Below, in pieces: positions 6,601-15,350 of a stretch of 16,423 bases of DNA. Under the pieces are notes generated by a model, which saw nothing but the letters and a program-made list of their open reading frames with translations, was not told the DNA's origin and ran no database searches. Where the stretch lies: positions 1 through 16,423 of the forward strand of contig JBFMCE010000087.1 in NCBI GenBank assembly GCA_040754655.1, given 5' to 3'. This stretch comes from Bdellovibrionota bacterium. Its GTDB lineage: Bacteria > Bdellovibrionota > UBA1018 > UBA923. A program made the position numbers and the translations under genes. How positions within the stretch are numbered: the first letter of the stretch is position 1; each line of letters starts with the position of its first letter.

Positions 6601-8973
6601 ATGCTCTCAAAGCTGAAAAAGCTGCACTTCCAATATTGGTGGGTTGGCCTTTTCGTGGCCCTGGCGATTTCGATCCTGGGGGCGAACTACGGGCGAAAAG
6701 TGCCAATCCGCCTCTCATTAGCCGATCTGCTGCCTGAGAATCGGCAGAGCGTGCTTGATCTGAAGGAAGTCACTAAAGACGTGGGTGGAGTGGGATACTT
6801 CATTGTGCTCATAGGCCCAGTCAACGAGAAGCCTGAGCAGTATTTGACTTCGGTGAATGATGCGGTGAAAAAACTTCCTGACATCCGATACAGCTTTTAC
6901 GAGAAAGAATCTTACCTTCTTCGAAATGCAGCCCTCTTTCTCTTGCCGCCACAGAAGTTTGACGAGCTTTTGAAGAATGCCAAAGTCATTTTTACCGAGG
7001 GAAAAAAAGACGCTTTTGACCTTGGTTTAGACGACGAAGAAGAATCTGCTCAAAACAAGCTTGAGAATGCCAAGGCTTTCTTCAAAGATTTGGCGTCGAG
7101 CCCCGCGGCTAAAGAAACTGAGAGATATTTCCTCTCGCAAGATGGCAAATACGCCATGCTTCTCGCCAAACCTTCGTTTGATTCAGAAGACCTTGAGAAA
7201 TCAAAGGAGTTGGTCGCGAACGCTACGCTCGCCATAGGAAAAGCTCTTCCTGGTGGAGTGCCTTTCAAACTGGTCGGTCGCTATGTCGACAAGGTAAATG
7301 ACGTCGCTCAAATCGAAAGAGACATCACGAAAACAAGCGTATTCAGCCTTGTCGCGATATTTAGCGTTCTCATCGTCGGTTTAGGCACCGTGCGTGGCTC
7401 GCTGGCTACGGTTGCGGCGGTTACTCTTGCTTTGGGTTGGACCACGGGTTTCTCGTATTTTGCCGTGGGCCAGATCAATATCCTGACCGGGTTCTTGCTC
7501 GCTATCTTAGGAGGCCTAGGCGTCGAGTACGGAATTCATTTCATTCGCCGCTATTACCAAGAGAGAGATTCTGGCCTTGATCATGAACCGGCCCTTCATG
7601 CGACGTTTCACCATATGAGCCGTGCGTTGTTATCAGCCGCACTCACCTCGGCGGGCGCTTTTTTCATCCTCGTGTTCAGCGATTTTCGCGGGTTCTCTGA
7701 GCTTGGAAAGATCGCCGGTTTCGGGGTGCTCGCGATTTATTTGGTTTATGTTCTGTGCTTTCCGGCGATGGGGAAGGTTCTTCGAAGAAAACGGAGGGCT
7801 AAAAACCTTGCGCGCCTATTCGGGTATTTTCCTTTTGACTCGAAATGGAAAGTAGCGCTCGTGCCATTAGCGGTGGTTGTCGGCTTGGGTTTGATGAACG
7901 CGCGCTTTGAATACGATTTTGAACGCATGCATGATCTGTCGAAAGAAACCATGCGGCTCAACCACCTGGTGAACGAGCTTTTTGGCAGGTCCCTCACTCC
8001 GGCAGCCCTCCTTACTCAGAACAAAGTGCAAACCTCTGAGGTGACACGTTGGCTGAAAGACCCGAAACACTCTTCGATGGTGCAGGAGGTGATCTCGCTG
8101 CATTCTCTGATATCAGATGACATGCAATCAAGGTACGAAAGGCTTGAAAGATTTCGTGCTTCGATACGAAAAGCTTCTGATTCAGAATTGTCGTCTAAAG
8201 TGGGTCTTGACCCGAAGCTTGTGCGAGGCTGGGTTGAATCGAAACCCCAGGCTAAAGAAGACTTGCCTCCTCAATTGCGCGAAGCCTTTGGGGCGTCAGG
8301 GAATATCGTGTTGGTCTATCCGAAGGAAAATCTCGATCAAGCAGACGCCTTGCGTCGTTTCTCGAACCTTCTTGAAGAATCGAAACGCTCTTTCTCGGGC
8401 ACGCGAATCGGCAGTGATGCCAAGCTTTTCATAGAAATTTTTGACCATATCGTCGACGATGGCCGAATAGTGCTCGTGTTGTTCTTGATCGGAGCAATGG
8501 GGGTGCTTTGGTTGGATTTTCGGAATATCCGGGATGCGGTTTCATTGGTTGTCCAGTTGGTCTTGGGCATCGTCATGCTCGTCGCTTTGATGGGTGCCGT
8601 GGGGGTATCATTTTCAATCCTGAACGTGGCGATGATCCCCGCCGTATTGGCTGCGGGAATTGACATGGGCGTGCACGTGAGGCATCGAGAAAAGGAAGGA
8701 TTCTCCATCTTGAGCAGCGCAAGATTCGTCTCGCAGGCCGTGCATCTTTCGGTGCTCACGACCATTCTTGGTTTTGGATCCCTCTTTATCGCGCAAGCGG
8801 GCATCTTAAAAGGCATCGCTTGGGTTTCGGTGCTTGGCCAGCTCTCGATGTATATTGTTTGTATGTTCGCATGGCCAGTGCTCAAGCAGGAGTTCGCGCG
8901 ATTTGCGGAAGAAAAAGATTCTAGCTTCAAGGAATCGCATCCTTCCAGAGAAGCTACATTGGGGAGCGGATAA
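6601..8973 (+). CDS. MMPL-family (RND superfamily) multi-pass transporter
   Basis: 790 aa. Two repeats of one TM, a large extracytoplasmic loop and about five TMs. DLLP motif after TM1, GLGVEYGIHFIRRY, SAALTSAGAFFIL, FSDFRGFSELGKIAGFG, AGIDMGVH and LTTILGFGSL. Confidence 0.85.
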   Translation: MLSKLKKLHFQYWWVGLFVALAISILGANYGRKVPIRLSLADLLPENRQSVLDLKEVTKDVGGVGYFIVLIGPVNEKPEQYLTSVNDAVKKLPDIRYSFYEKESYLLRNAALFLLPPQKFDELLKNAKVIFTEGKKDAFDLGLDDEEESAQNKLENAKAFFKDLASSPAAKETERYFLSQDGKYAMLLAKPSFDSEDLEKSKELVANATLAIGKALPGGVPFKLVGRYVDKVNDVAQIERDITKTSVFSLVAIFSVLIVGLGTVRGSLATVAAVTLALGWTTGFSYFAVGQINILTGFLLAILGGLGVEYGIHFIRRYYQERDSGLDHEPALHATFHHMSRALLSAALTSAGAFFILVFSDFRGFSELGKIAGFGVLAIYLVYVLCFPAMGKVLRRKRRAKNLARLFGYFPFDSKWKVALVPLAVVVGLGLMNARFEYDFERMHDLSKETMRLNHLVNELFGRSLTPAALLTQNKVQTSEVTRWLKDPKHSSMVQEVISLHSLISDDMQSRYERLERFRASIRKASDSELSSKVGLDPKLVRGWVESKPQAKEDLPPQLREAFGASGNIVLVYPKENLDQADALRRFSNLLEESKRSFSGTRIGSDAKLFIEIFDHIVDDGRIVLVLFLIGAMGVLWLDFRNIRDAVSLVVQLVLGIVMLVALMGAVGVSFSILNVAMIPAVLAAGIDMGVHVRHREKEGFSILSSARFVSQAVHLSVLTTILGFGSLFIAQAGILKGIAWVSVLGQLSMYIVCMFAWPVLKQEFARFAEEKDSSFKESHPSREATLGSG

Positions 8974-8977
8974 AAAC

Positions 8978-9898
8978 ATGGGTCATTCTCATTCGCATTC
9001 TCATTCGCATGGCCACCACCATACCCATACCCATGCGCATGAAAACAAGAGCAAGCTTTTGTGGGTGCTCGTTTTGACCGGAGTTTTTCTCATCGTCGAA
9101 ATCATCGCGGGACTCAGCTCAAAAAGCTTAGCCTTGCTAGCTGATGCCGGCCATATGGTCACTGACTTCGGCGCCCTTGGGCTTGCATTGTTTGGCATCA
9201 AGATCGCCGAAAGACCGGCGAATCCGCAGCGCACCTACGGATATTATCGAGCTGAGATCTTAGCTGCGCTTGCCAACGCGATTCTACTAGTGGGAATCGG
9301 CGGTTATATTTTTTATGAGGCGTTCCAGCGTTTTAGGAATCCCATAGCTGTAGACAGTCATACCGTGCTTTGGGTGTCAGTCTTGGGGCTCGGCGTGAAT
9401 ATGGCTGGGATTTTTCTCTTGCGTCGCGGCGCGGAGCATAGTTTGAACTTGCGCGCCGCTTATCTTGAGGTTTTCTCGGACGCGATCGCGTCGTTAGGCG
9501 TCATTGTATCGGCGGCGATCGTGTATTTTACGGGATGGAGTTATGCGGATTCGATCGTCTCGTTGGGCATAGCTGTCTTTATTCTGCCTCGAACTTGGCG
9601 GCTGTTGTCAGAGACGGTTGGAGTTTTGCTTGAAGGCACCCCATCAGACGTCGATATCGGCGCTTTGAGGAGTTCGATCGCGACGCTTCCCGGAGTGGCT
9701 GGCGTCCATGACTTGCACGTTTGGGCGCTCTCATCAGGCATAAACGCAATGAGCGTTCACGTGGTTTTAAATCCTGGTGAAAATCATGATGAAATCCTCA
9801 AGAGGGTTCAAAAACACGTGGTGAGTTCGCATAAAATCAAGCATGCGACCGTTCAAGTAGAGTCGCTTGGTTGCGCGGAAGATGAAACCCATCTTTAG
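8978..9898 (+). CDS. czcD: Cation diffusion facilitator, CzcD/ZitB-like Zn/Co/Cd efflux transporter
   Basis: Motifs SLALLADAGHMVTD, RTYGYYRAEILAALAN, NLRAAYLEVFSD, LLEGTP, VHDLHVW and HATVQVE. The likely start is ATG 8978, 4 nt after the MMPL stop. The N-terminus has 11 His in the first 21 residues. Confidence 0.92.
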   Translation: MGHSHSHSHSHGHHHTHTHAHENKSKLLWVLVLTGVFLIVEIIAGLSSKSLALLADAGHMVTDFGALGLALFGIKIAERPANPQRTYGYYRAEILAALANAILLVGIGGYIFYEAFQRFRNPIAVDSHTVLWVSVLGLGVNMAGIFLLRRGAEHSLNLRAAYLEVFSDAIASLGVIVSAAIVYFTGWSYADSIVSLGIAVFILPRTWRLLSETVGVLLEGTPSDVDIGALRSSIATLPGVAGVHDLHVWALSSGINAMSVHVVLNPGENHDEILKRVQKHVVSSHKIKHATVQVESLGCAEDETHL

Positions 9899-9999
9899 GA
9901 TCGCACCGCGCCACCGCCGCGATAATTTTTTTTGATCGAACTTTTGGCATCCTCTTGCATCAAGAAGGTCTTTAGAACTTCGTTCAAGGGAGGTGGCTC

Positions 10000-10311
10000 A
10001 TGCCGAGAGGCGACAAGTCAAAATACACAGATAAACAGAAACGAAAGGCTCAGCACATCGAGGAAGGGTACGAAAAGCGAGGCTTATCAGAGGCTGAGGC
10101 GGAGAAGCGCGCTTGGGCCACCGTAAATAAAGAATCTGGGGGAGGAAACCTGGCAGGCTCGGGGCGAGGAATCAAAGATACGAATGTCTCATCGATTCGT
10201 GGGGGCAAAAAGGGTGGAAGAAGCGTTTCCAAAGCCAAACGCAGCCAAGGCGCGAAGAAGGCGGCAAGAACGCGAAAGCAACGTAGCATCCACCAGAGAA
10301 AAGCTGCTTAA
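10000..10311 (+). CDS. Small basic conserved protein (family often labelled 'plasmid stabilization protein'; ChaB-like AWATV motif)
   Basis: MPRGDKSKYTDKQKRKAQHIEEGYEKRG...AEKRAWATVNKESGGG with a Lys/Arg-rich tail. Strong SD GGAGGT upstream. Confidence 0.75.
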   Translation: MPRGDKSKYTDKQKRKAQHIEEGYEKRGLSEAEAEKRAWATVNKESGGGNLAGSGRGIKDTNVSSIRGGKKGGRSVSKAKRSQGAKKAARTRKQRSIHQRKAA

Positions 10312-10324
10312 CTGCAAGCAGCTT
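10294..10324 (-). terminator. Possible intrinsic terminator between convergent genes
   Basis: Perfect 9-bp inverted repeat AAGCTGCTT (10301-10309) / AAGCAGCTT (10316-10324) with a 6-nt loop. On the minus strand it runs into UUUUCUCU, downstream of the pirin gene. Confidence 0.4.
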
Positions 10325-10372
10325 CTAGCGCGTTTTCCATTGGTAGCGCTGCTTTTTCGATAATCTAATCTC

Positions 10373-11071
10373 TCATGGGAGGTCGAATACCAAAAACTCG
10401 GAATTTTGCCTTGCCCTCAGTTCGAGCGTTTTTTCCTCACTGATGGCAGCGCCATCGCCTTGTCTGAGTTCAATCCCATTGAGGTCGACCGCTCCTCGCG
10501 CAACCTGTATCCAAGCATGTCGGTCTGGATCGAGCTTTAATTGCACTTGTTTCCCCTCATCGAGGACCGAGGCGTAGACGGCTGCATTTTGATTCATTTT
10601 AAGCGATCCGTCTTTTCCTTCCGCTGAGACGATAAGCCTTAGTCGATTTTTCTTCTCTTCGGCCTGGAAGCGTTTTTCTTCATAACCTGGTTTGATCCCT
10701 TCTTTTGCGGGGGTGATCCATATTTGAAGAAGGTGCACGGGGTTTTCTTTTGAACCATTGAACTCGCTATGAGTGATCCCTGTTCCCGCGCTCATGCGTT
10801 GCACATCGCCGGGCCTCAAGACCGATCCGTTTCCCATGCTGTCTTTATGCTCAAGCTCGCCCTCCAAAACGTAAGTGATGATTTCCATGTCGCGATGGCC
10901 GTGTTTGCCAAATCCGGTACCGGCGGCGACGCGATCTTCATTGATCACGACGAGGTCGCGAAACCCCGTGTATTGAGGATCATAATAGTTAGCGAATGAG
11001 AAGGTATGATAAGTATCAAGCCAGCCATGGTTGGCGTGTCCTCTTTCATTTGATTTTCTGACGGTGATCAT
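10373..11071 (-). CDS. yhhW: Pirin-family (YhhW-like) bicupin protein
   Basis: Motifs RGHANHGWLDTYHTFSFANYYDP, GFGKHGHRDMEIITYVLEGELEHKDSMGN, VQRMSAGTGITHSEFN, LLQIWI and LVFDL. SD GAGGAG upstream. Confidence 0.95.
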   Translation of the reverse strand: MITVRKSNERGHANHGWLDTYHTFSFANYYDPQYTGFRDLVVINEDRVAAGTGFGKHGHRDMEIITYVLEGELEHKDSMGNGSVLRPGDVQRMSAGTGITHSEFNGSKENPVHLLQIWITPAKEGIKPGYEEKRFQAEEKKNRLRLIVSAEGKDGSLKMNQNAAVYASVLDEGKQVQLKLDPDRHAWIQVARGAVDLNGIELRQGDGAAISEEKTLELRARQNSEFLVFDLP

Positions 11072-11130
11072 AAGGTTCTCCTCATACCCCTATGTATTGC
11101 CTTTGCATCCAGAAGAAGTCGATCCTTCAT

Positions 11131-12408
11131 TTAGAAAAGTTGATGGGCTCTTGCGCTAAGGCCCTGAACGATAGAATGAAAGTTGTCGTATTGTTGAAGT
11201 TTTTCGACGCCAAACCGCGCTTCCAACGCTTTTCTTAGGACAGGTATCTTTGCCGTGCCCCCGGTGCAGCAAACAAGGTCGATTTGGCTGTATGAAAGCC
11301 CAGAGCTTTTCACGGTTTCGTCGAGCGCACGAACGATCTCATCCGTCTTTTCAGCGATCAAAGCCTCAAAACCCCGTCGCGTGAATTGTTCCTCGACTTC
11401 GATTCCTGGATAGTCGAAGAAGAACCTTGTTTTCTCAGATTCAGAAAGCCTTCTTTTCGACCGTTCGATCTCTTCAAAAACCTGAAACCCCAATTGGTCT
11501 TCGATCAGGCAGAAGAGCCGGTCCATTTTCTTTTGATCAGAGCTCCCTAAAGACCAGGTCTTTACATTCTTTAGAAACTCCATCGTGTCGCTTTCGCGCA
11601 AAAGAGAGACATCGGCGGGCGAGCAGATTTTTTCGATCAAATCGCGTGGCATCTTGAGTACATTCGAGCCAAAGGGCACTTTGTAAGAGACGTCGGAGCC
11701 AAAATGCCTTGCAATGCTCCCGCGCATTACCGCCCCGTCAAGCGCATCGCCCGCGATCGAAACGCCTCCGATCGAGAGAACGTCCGATTGATCATAGCCT
11801 TCGCGTCGAATGCGAATAACCGTGAAGTCCGAGGTGCCACCTCCGAAGTCGGCTACAAGCACTGTCTTGGCTTGAGTGAGTTGGCGGCGAAAGTCAAAGG
11901 CTGCCGCTAGCGGCTCAGGGCAAAATTCGATGTGGTTGAATCCGGCTGCGCGCGCGGCGCGTTCGAGCCGGCATTGCGCAAATGAGTCGTCTGCATCCTC
12001 TTTGGCGAATCGAGCGGGACGGCCTAATACGACACGATCGACGTCGGCATTGAAATGCCGATTTGCACGGCGTCGCATTTCGCCCAAGAAAGCCCCAATG
12101 ATGTCTTCGAGGCTCAAAGGTCGATTGCCGATATAGGTGCCGTTGAAGCTTCGAAGCGGAAGGTACTTCTTGATTGAACGCACGAGTCTGCCGGTCGTGT
12201 CTCGCCTGGAGAACTCATCGATAGCTGTTTTACCGTAGAAACATTCCTTCATGTTCGGAAAATAAAGGATGCTGCGCAAGATCGTCGGATCATCCGCTTG
12301 GTCGTCGAGCACGATTGGGGCGACTTGCCCAGCGGAGGTTGCGGCGGCTAGCAATGAGTTTGATGTGCCGAAATCGATCGCGTAGATCAACCGTGAAGAA
12401 GAAGTCAT
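11131..12408 (-). CDS. Hsp70-family (YegD-like) ATPase without the canonical substrate-binding domain
   Basis: Motifs AIDFGTSNS, VVLGRPARF, EPLAAA, VADFGGGTSDF, IAGDALD, IERSKRRLS and TGGTAKIP. 425 aa, nucleotide-binding domain only. Confidence 0.88.
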   Translation of the reverse strand: MTSSSRLIYAIDFGTSNSLLAAATSAGQVAPIVLDDQADDPTILRSILYFPNMKECFYGKTAIDEFSRRDTTGRLVRSIKKYLPLRSFNGTYIGNRPLSLEDIIGAFLGEMRRRANRHFNADVDRVVLGRPARFAKEDADDSFAQCRLERAARAAGFNHIEFCPEPLAAAFDFRRQLTQAKTVLVADFGGGTSDFTVIRIRREGYDQSDVLSIGGVSIAGDALDGAVMRGSIARHFGSDVSYKVPFGSNVLKMPRDLIEKICSPADVSLLRESDTMEFLKNVKTWSLGSSDQKKMDRLFCLIEDQLGFQVFEEIERSKRRLSESEKTRFFFDYPGIEVEEQFTRRGFEALIAEKTDEIVRALDETVKSSGLSYSQIDLVCCTGGTAKIPVLRKALEARFGVEKLQQYDNFHSIVQGLSARAHQLF

Positions 12409-12484
12409 GGATCAAGGATACCATAATGTGAATTGATTTAAATATTCGGCCTCAGTATAAGGCCTTACGAATACTTGCGTAAAA

Positions 12485-13513
12485 ATGATCCACGAATCGT
12501 CTGTTCCCTTCATTTCAAATAATGCGCCTGCGCTGGTGCTGGCTCCGATGGAAGGGGTCACGGATTTGCCTATGAGGGCCTTGATGACGGAGCGAGGCGG
12601 TTTTTCGTTTTGCGTTTCAGAGTTCGTTCGCATCAGTCAAGATGTGCCGTCAGTCAGGTCTTTCCGCGAAAACATTCCAGAGCTTCAAACTGGCGCGAGG
12701 ACTGCGGCTGGCACTCCAGTGCAGGTTCAACTTCTCGGGGGAGATCCGGGTAAGCTTGCGGATTCCGCAGTAAATGCCCATTTGGCTGGCGCGGCGGCGA
12801 TCGACCTGAATTTTGGTTGTCCCGCTCCGCTGGTGAACAAGCACGACGGGGGGGCATGTCTGCTCAGGCACCCAGATAGGATACACTCAATCGTATCGAG
12901 AGTGAGATCGGCGCTTCCGAAGCATGTTCCCCTTTCAGCGAAACTGCGATTGGGCTGGGAGAGCGTTGAAGATATTCATGAGAACGCCTATCAGGCCGCG
13001 CGTGCGGGAGCCTCTTGGATCACGATCCACGCAAGGACCAAAGCTCAAGGTTATCGTCCACCGGTGTATTGGAAGCATATCGGCGAAGTTCGCAATCATC
13101 TGGCGATTCCGGTAGTCGCCAACGGCGACATTTGGGCGGCTGAAGACCTCATGCGCTGCTACGAGGAGACGGGCTGCATTCACTTCATGCTTGGTCGTGG
13201 CGCGATGGCGAATCCTTCGCTTCCCATGCAAGGCGATTTTTTCCTGAAGAACGAGACTAAAGAAAACAAATACAATGCATTTATAAATTCGCCTGGAGAA
13301 TGGTTGCCATTGCTAGAGAGGTTCAGCGAACTTTGCGGGCCGCTGACCAAGAACCCAAACTACGTGGCCTGCAGAATCAAGCAGTGGTTGTCGATGGCCT
13401 CGTATAAAAACCAGATAGAATGGGTTTCACCCCTTAAGAGGGCCTCGAATTTAAGCGAGATCTTCTCGTTGTTGCGCGAAATGAGCGCAGTGCATGGTGG
13501 CGAAATTGCCTAG
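12485..13513 (+). CDS. dusC: tRNA-dihydrouridine synthase (DusC-like)
   Basis: Motifs LAPMEGVTD, VQLLGG, IDLNFGCP (catalytic Cys), SAKLRLGW, TIHARTK.GY.PP, PVVANGDIW and MLGRGA. Confidence 0.88.
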   Translation: MIHESSVPFISNNAPALVLAPMEGVTDLPMRALMTERGGFSFCVSEFVRISQDVPSVRSFRENIPELQTGARTAAGTPVQVQLLGGDPGKLADSAVNAHLAGAAAIDLNFGCPAPLVNKHDGGACLLRHPDRIHSIVSRVRSALPKHVPLSAKLRLGWESVEDIHENAYQAARAGASWITIHARTKAQGYRPPVYWKHIGEVRNHLAIPVVANGDIWAAEDLMRCYEETGCIHFMLGRGAMANPSLPMQGDFFLKNETKENKYNAFINSPGEWLPLLERFSELCGPLTKNPNYVACRIKQWLSMASYKNQIEWVSPLKRASNLSEIFSLLREMSAVHGGEIA

Positions 13514-13563
13514 TTCAGGGTTGCCCATCGAAATAGTAGGTCCAATATCGTTATACTAAAGAG

Positions 13564-13926
13564 ATGAAGATTGAAGGACTCTCTACCCTGCTTGAAACCC
13601 TCAAAGAAGAAATCGAACGCTGGGAGCTTGAACCAGGGCATCTCAGCCCCGAAGATATTCATTACGGGCTTTATTTGGTTTCGATGGATATCCTGTACGC
13701 TGAGACGATTCGGCCCGGGGGCTATGAATCCTATTCTCTTCTGCCCGATCGCGTGCTCCTTTCTTACGCAGACTACGAACCCATTCGCGCTCAACTTGCT
13801 CCCTTCATAACGTGGTTGCATAGCCTCATGTTGAAAAGCGGGCTTACGGCGCCGGAAGTTGGCGAAGAAATCTTGCTTATGAGCCGGCAATCCGACTTAG
13901 ATTCAAAGACCCCGCTAGAACCTTAA
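13564..13926 (+). CDS. Hypothetical acidic protein
   Basis: 120-aa ATG ORF filling the gap between dus and the esterase gene on the same strand. Protein-like composition, with TATACT 6 nt upstream of the ATG. No family recognised. Confidence 0.6.
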   Translation: MKIEGLSTLLETLKEEIERWELEPGHLSPEDIHYGLYLVSMDILYAETIRPGGYESYSLLPDRVLLSYADYEPIRAQLAPFITWLHSLMLKSGLTAPEVGEEILLMSRQSDLDSKTPLEP

Positions 13927-13984
13927 AGCCTGCCGTACAAACGGCTGAAGGCATTTGGCTTGAACCCTGCAAATCCCTTCTTCC

Positions 13985-15310
13985 GTGAAGGCCCACAACG
14001 AACAATCCGTAATTCGGGCTATCAAAGAGAGAGCAATCGCGCTTGACGATGCGCGTGACCTCAAACCGTTGATTGATCAAATCAGCGGCGCGCGCATCGT
14101 AATGCTTGGCGAATCGTCCCACGGCACCCATGAATTTTATGAGTGGCGAAGGATCATTTCAGAATGGCTCATCGATAAACACGGTTTTAACTTCATCGCC
14201 GTCGAGGGAGACTGGCCGCCTTGCTGGGAGTTGAATTCATTCATCCGTGGCAAGTCCGAAGGAAACGCACGCAGCGCGCTCAGGCACTTCAACCGGTGGC
14301 CCACTTGGATGTGGGCCAATGTCGATATGCTCAGACTTGTTAAAGCAATGCTTGTACGCAATGCGAATGTTTCGAATAAAGAACAAGCCGGGTTCTATGG
14401 CTTAGACGTCTATTCGCTTTTCGAATCGGTCGATGCCGTACTTGCGCAGGCAGAAGAAATCGATCCCTTCCTGGCTCGTCGTATTCGGGTTCGATATGCG
14501 TGTTTTGATCGTTTCGGCCGCGATGAAAGAGCCTACGCAAAATCACTCGTCGAATTTCCGGGAGGTTGCGAGCAACAGGTGCTCGAAAACCTTCAAGACC
14601 TCTTGAAGCTCAGGCTAGACGGGATCAAAGGTCATGGCGAGGCGCTTTTCAATGCTCAACAGAACGCTAGGATCATTGCGAATGCTGAGGGCTATTATCG
14701 GGCCATGATCCATGGCAACGAAGATTCATGGAACGTGCGCGATCGGCATATGATCGATACGCTAAGGCTTCTGCTCGAGCACTTTGGTCCAAGATCTAAA
14801 GCGATCGTCTGGGCGCATAACACTCATGTCGGAGATTATAGAGCGACGGACATGGCGCGTGACGGGCGGATCAATATTGGTGGGCTTGCAAGAGAGGCGT
14901 GGGGTCAAGACCGTGTGGCCCTCGTAGGGTTCGGCACTTACACTGGCGAGGTTGTCGCTTCTCATGCCTGGGACGGTCCGATCGAAACGATGCTTATTCC
15001 GCCCGGAAAGCCTGGATCTTATGAAGCCTTTTTTCACGAAGCGGCGCGATCTCTAGGGAAGGACTCGTTTTTCTTAACCAACCTTGGCGGCGCGACCGCT
15101 CGAAGCGGCGCTCTCTCTGAAACTTTTGGCCATCGGGCCATTGGTGTTGTTTACAATCCGGCGTACGAGCGCTTTGGCAACTACGTACCCACCTCTCTTG
15201 CAAGACGTTATGATGCTTTCATGTATTTTGACCAAACAAAAGGTTTAGAGCCGCTCATCCAAGACTTCGAATCGAAGGAAATCCCTGAAAGTTGGCCGAG
15301 CGGCCAGTAA
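13985..15310 (+). CDS. Erythromycin esterase-family (Ere-like) hydrolase
   Basis: Motifs IVMLGESSHGTHEFYEWR, FIAVEGDWP, RWPTWMWAN, FYGLDVYSL, SWNVRDRHM, IVWAHNTHVGD, RAIGVVY and PESWPSG. GTG start. Confidence 0.88.
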   Translation: MKAHNEQSVIRAIKERAIALDDARDLKPLIDQISGARIVMLGESSHGTHEFYEWRRIISEWLIDKHGFNFIAVEGDWPPCWELNSFIRGKSEGNARSALRHFNRWPTWMWANVDMLRLVKAMLVRNANVSNKEQAGFYGLDVYSLFESVDAVLAQAEEIDPFLARRIRVRYACFDRFGRDERAYAKSLVEFPGGCEQQVLENLQDLLKLRLDGIKGHGEALFNAQQNARIIANAEGYYRAMIHGNEDSWNVRDRHMIDTLRLLLEHFGPRSKAIVWAHNTHVGDYRATDMARDGRINIGGLAREAWGQDRVALVGFGTYTGEVVASHAWDGPIETMLIPPGKPGSYEAFFHEAARSLGKDSFFLTNLGGATARSGALSETFGHRAIGVVYNPAYERFGNYVPTSLARRYDAFMYFDQTKGLEPLIQDFESKEIPESWPSGQ

Positions 15311-15350
15311 GGAAACGCCGGCATCGAGCCTCAAAGAAAAACGAACTTGC

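Noticed and set aside
8834..8977. N-terminal extension of the CDF ORF in the track
   Set aside because: It overlaps the MMPL gene by 140 nt. ATG 8978 gives the typical His-rich CDF N-terminus.
8981..9040. Short tandem repeats (CATTCTCATTCG x2, CATACC x2)
   Set aside because: They encode the His-rich tail common in Zn-CDF transporters and are not an independent repeat element.
9945..9959. Sigma-54-like TGGCATCCTCTTGCA upstream of the small basic protein
   Set aside because: Spacing is GG-N9-GC rather than the required N10.
13985..15310. Bona fide macrolide resistance gene (ereA/ereB)
   Set aside because: The motifs match the broad chromosomal Ere-like family and there is no mobile context. 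Resistance cannot be inferred from sequence.
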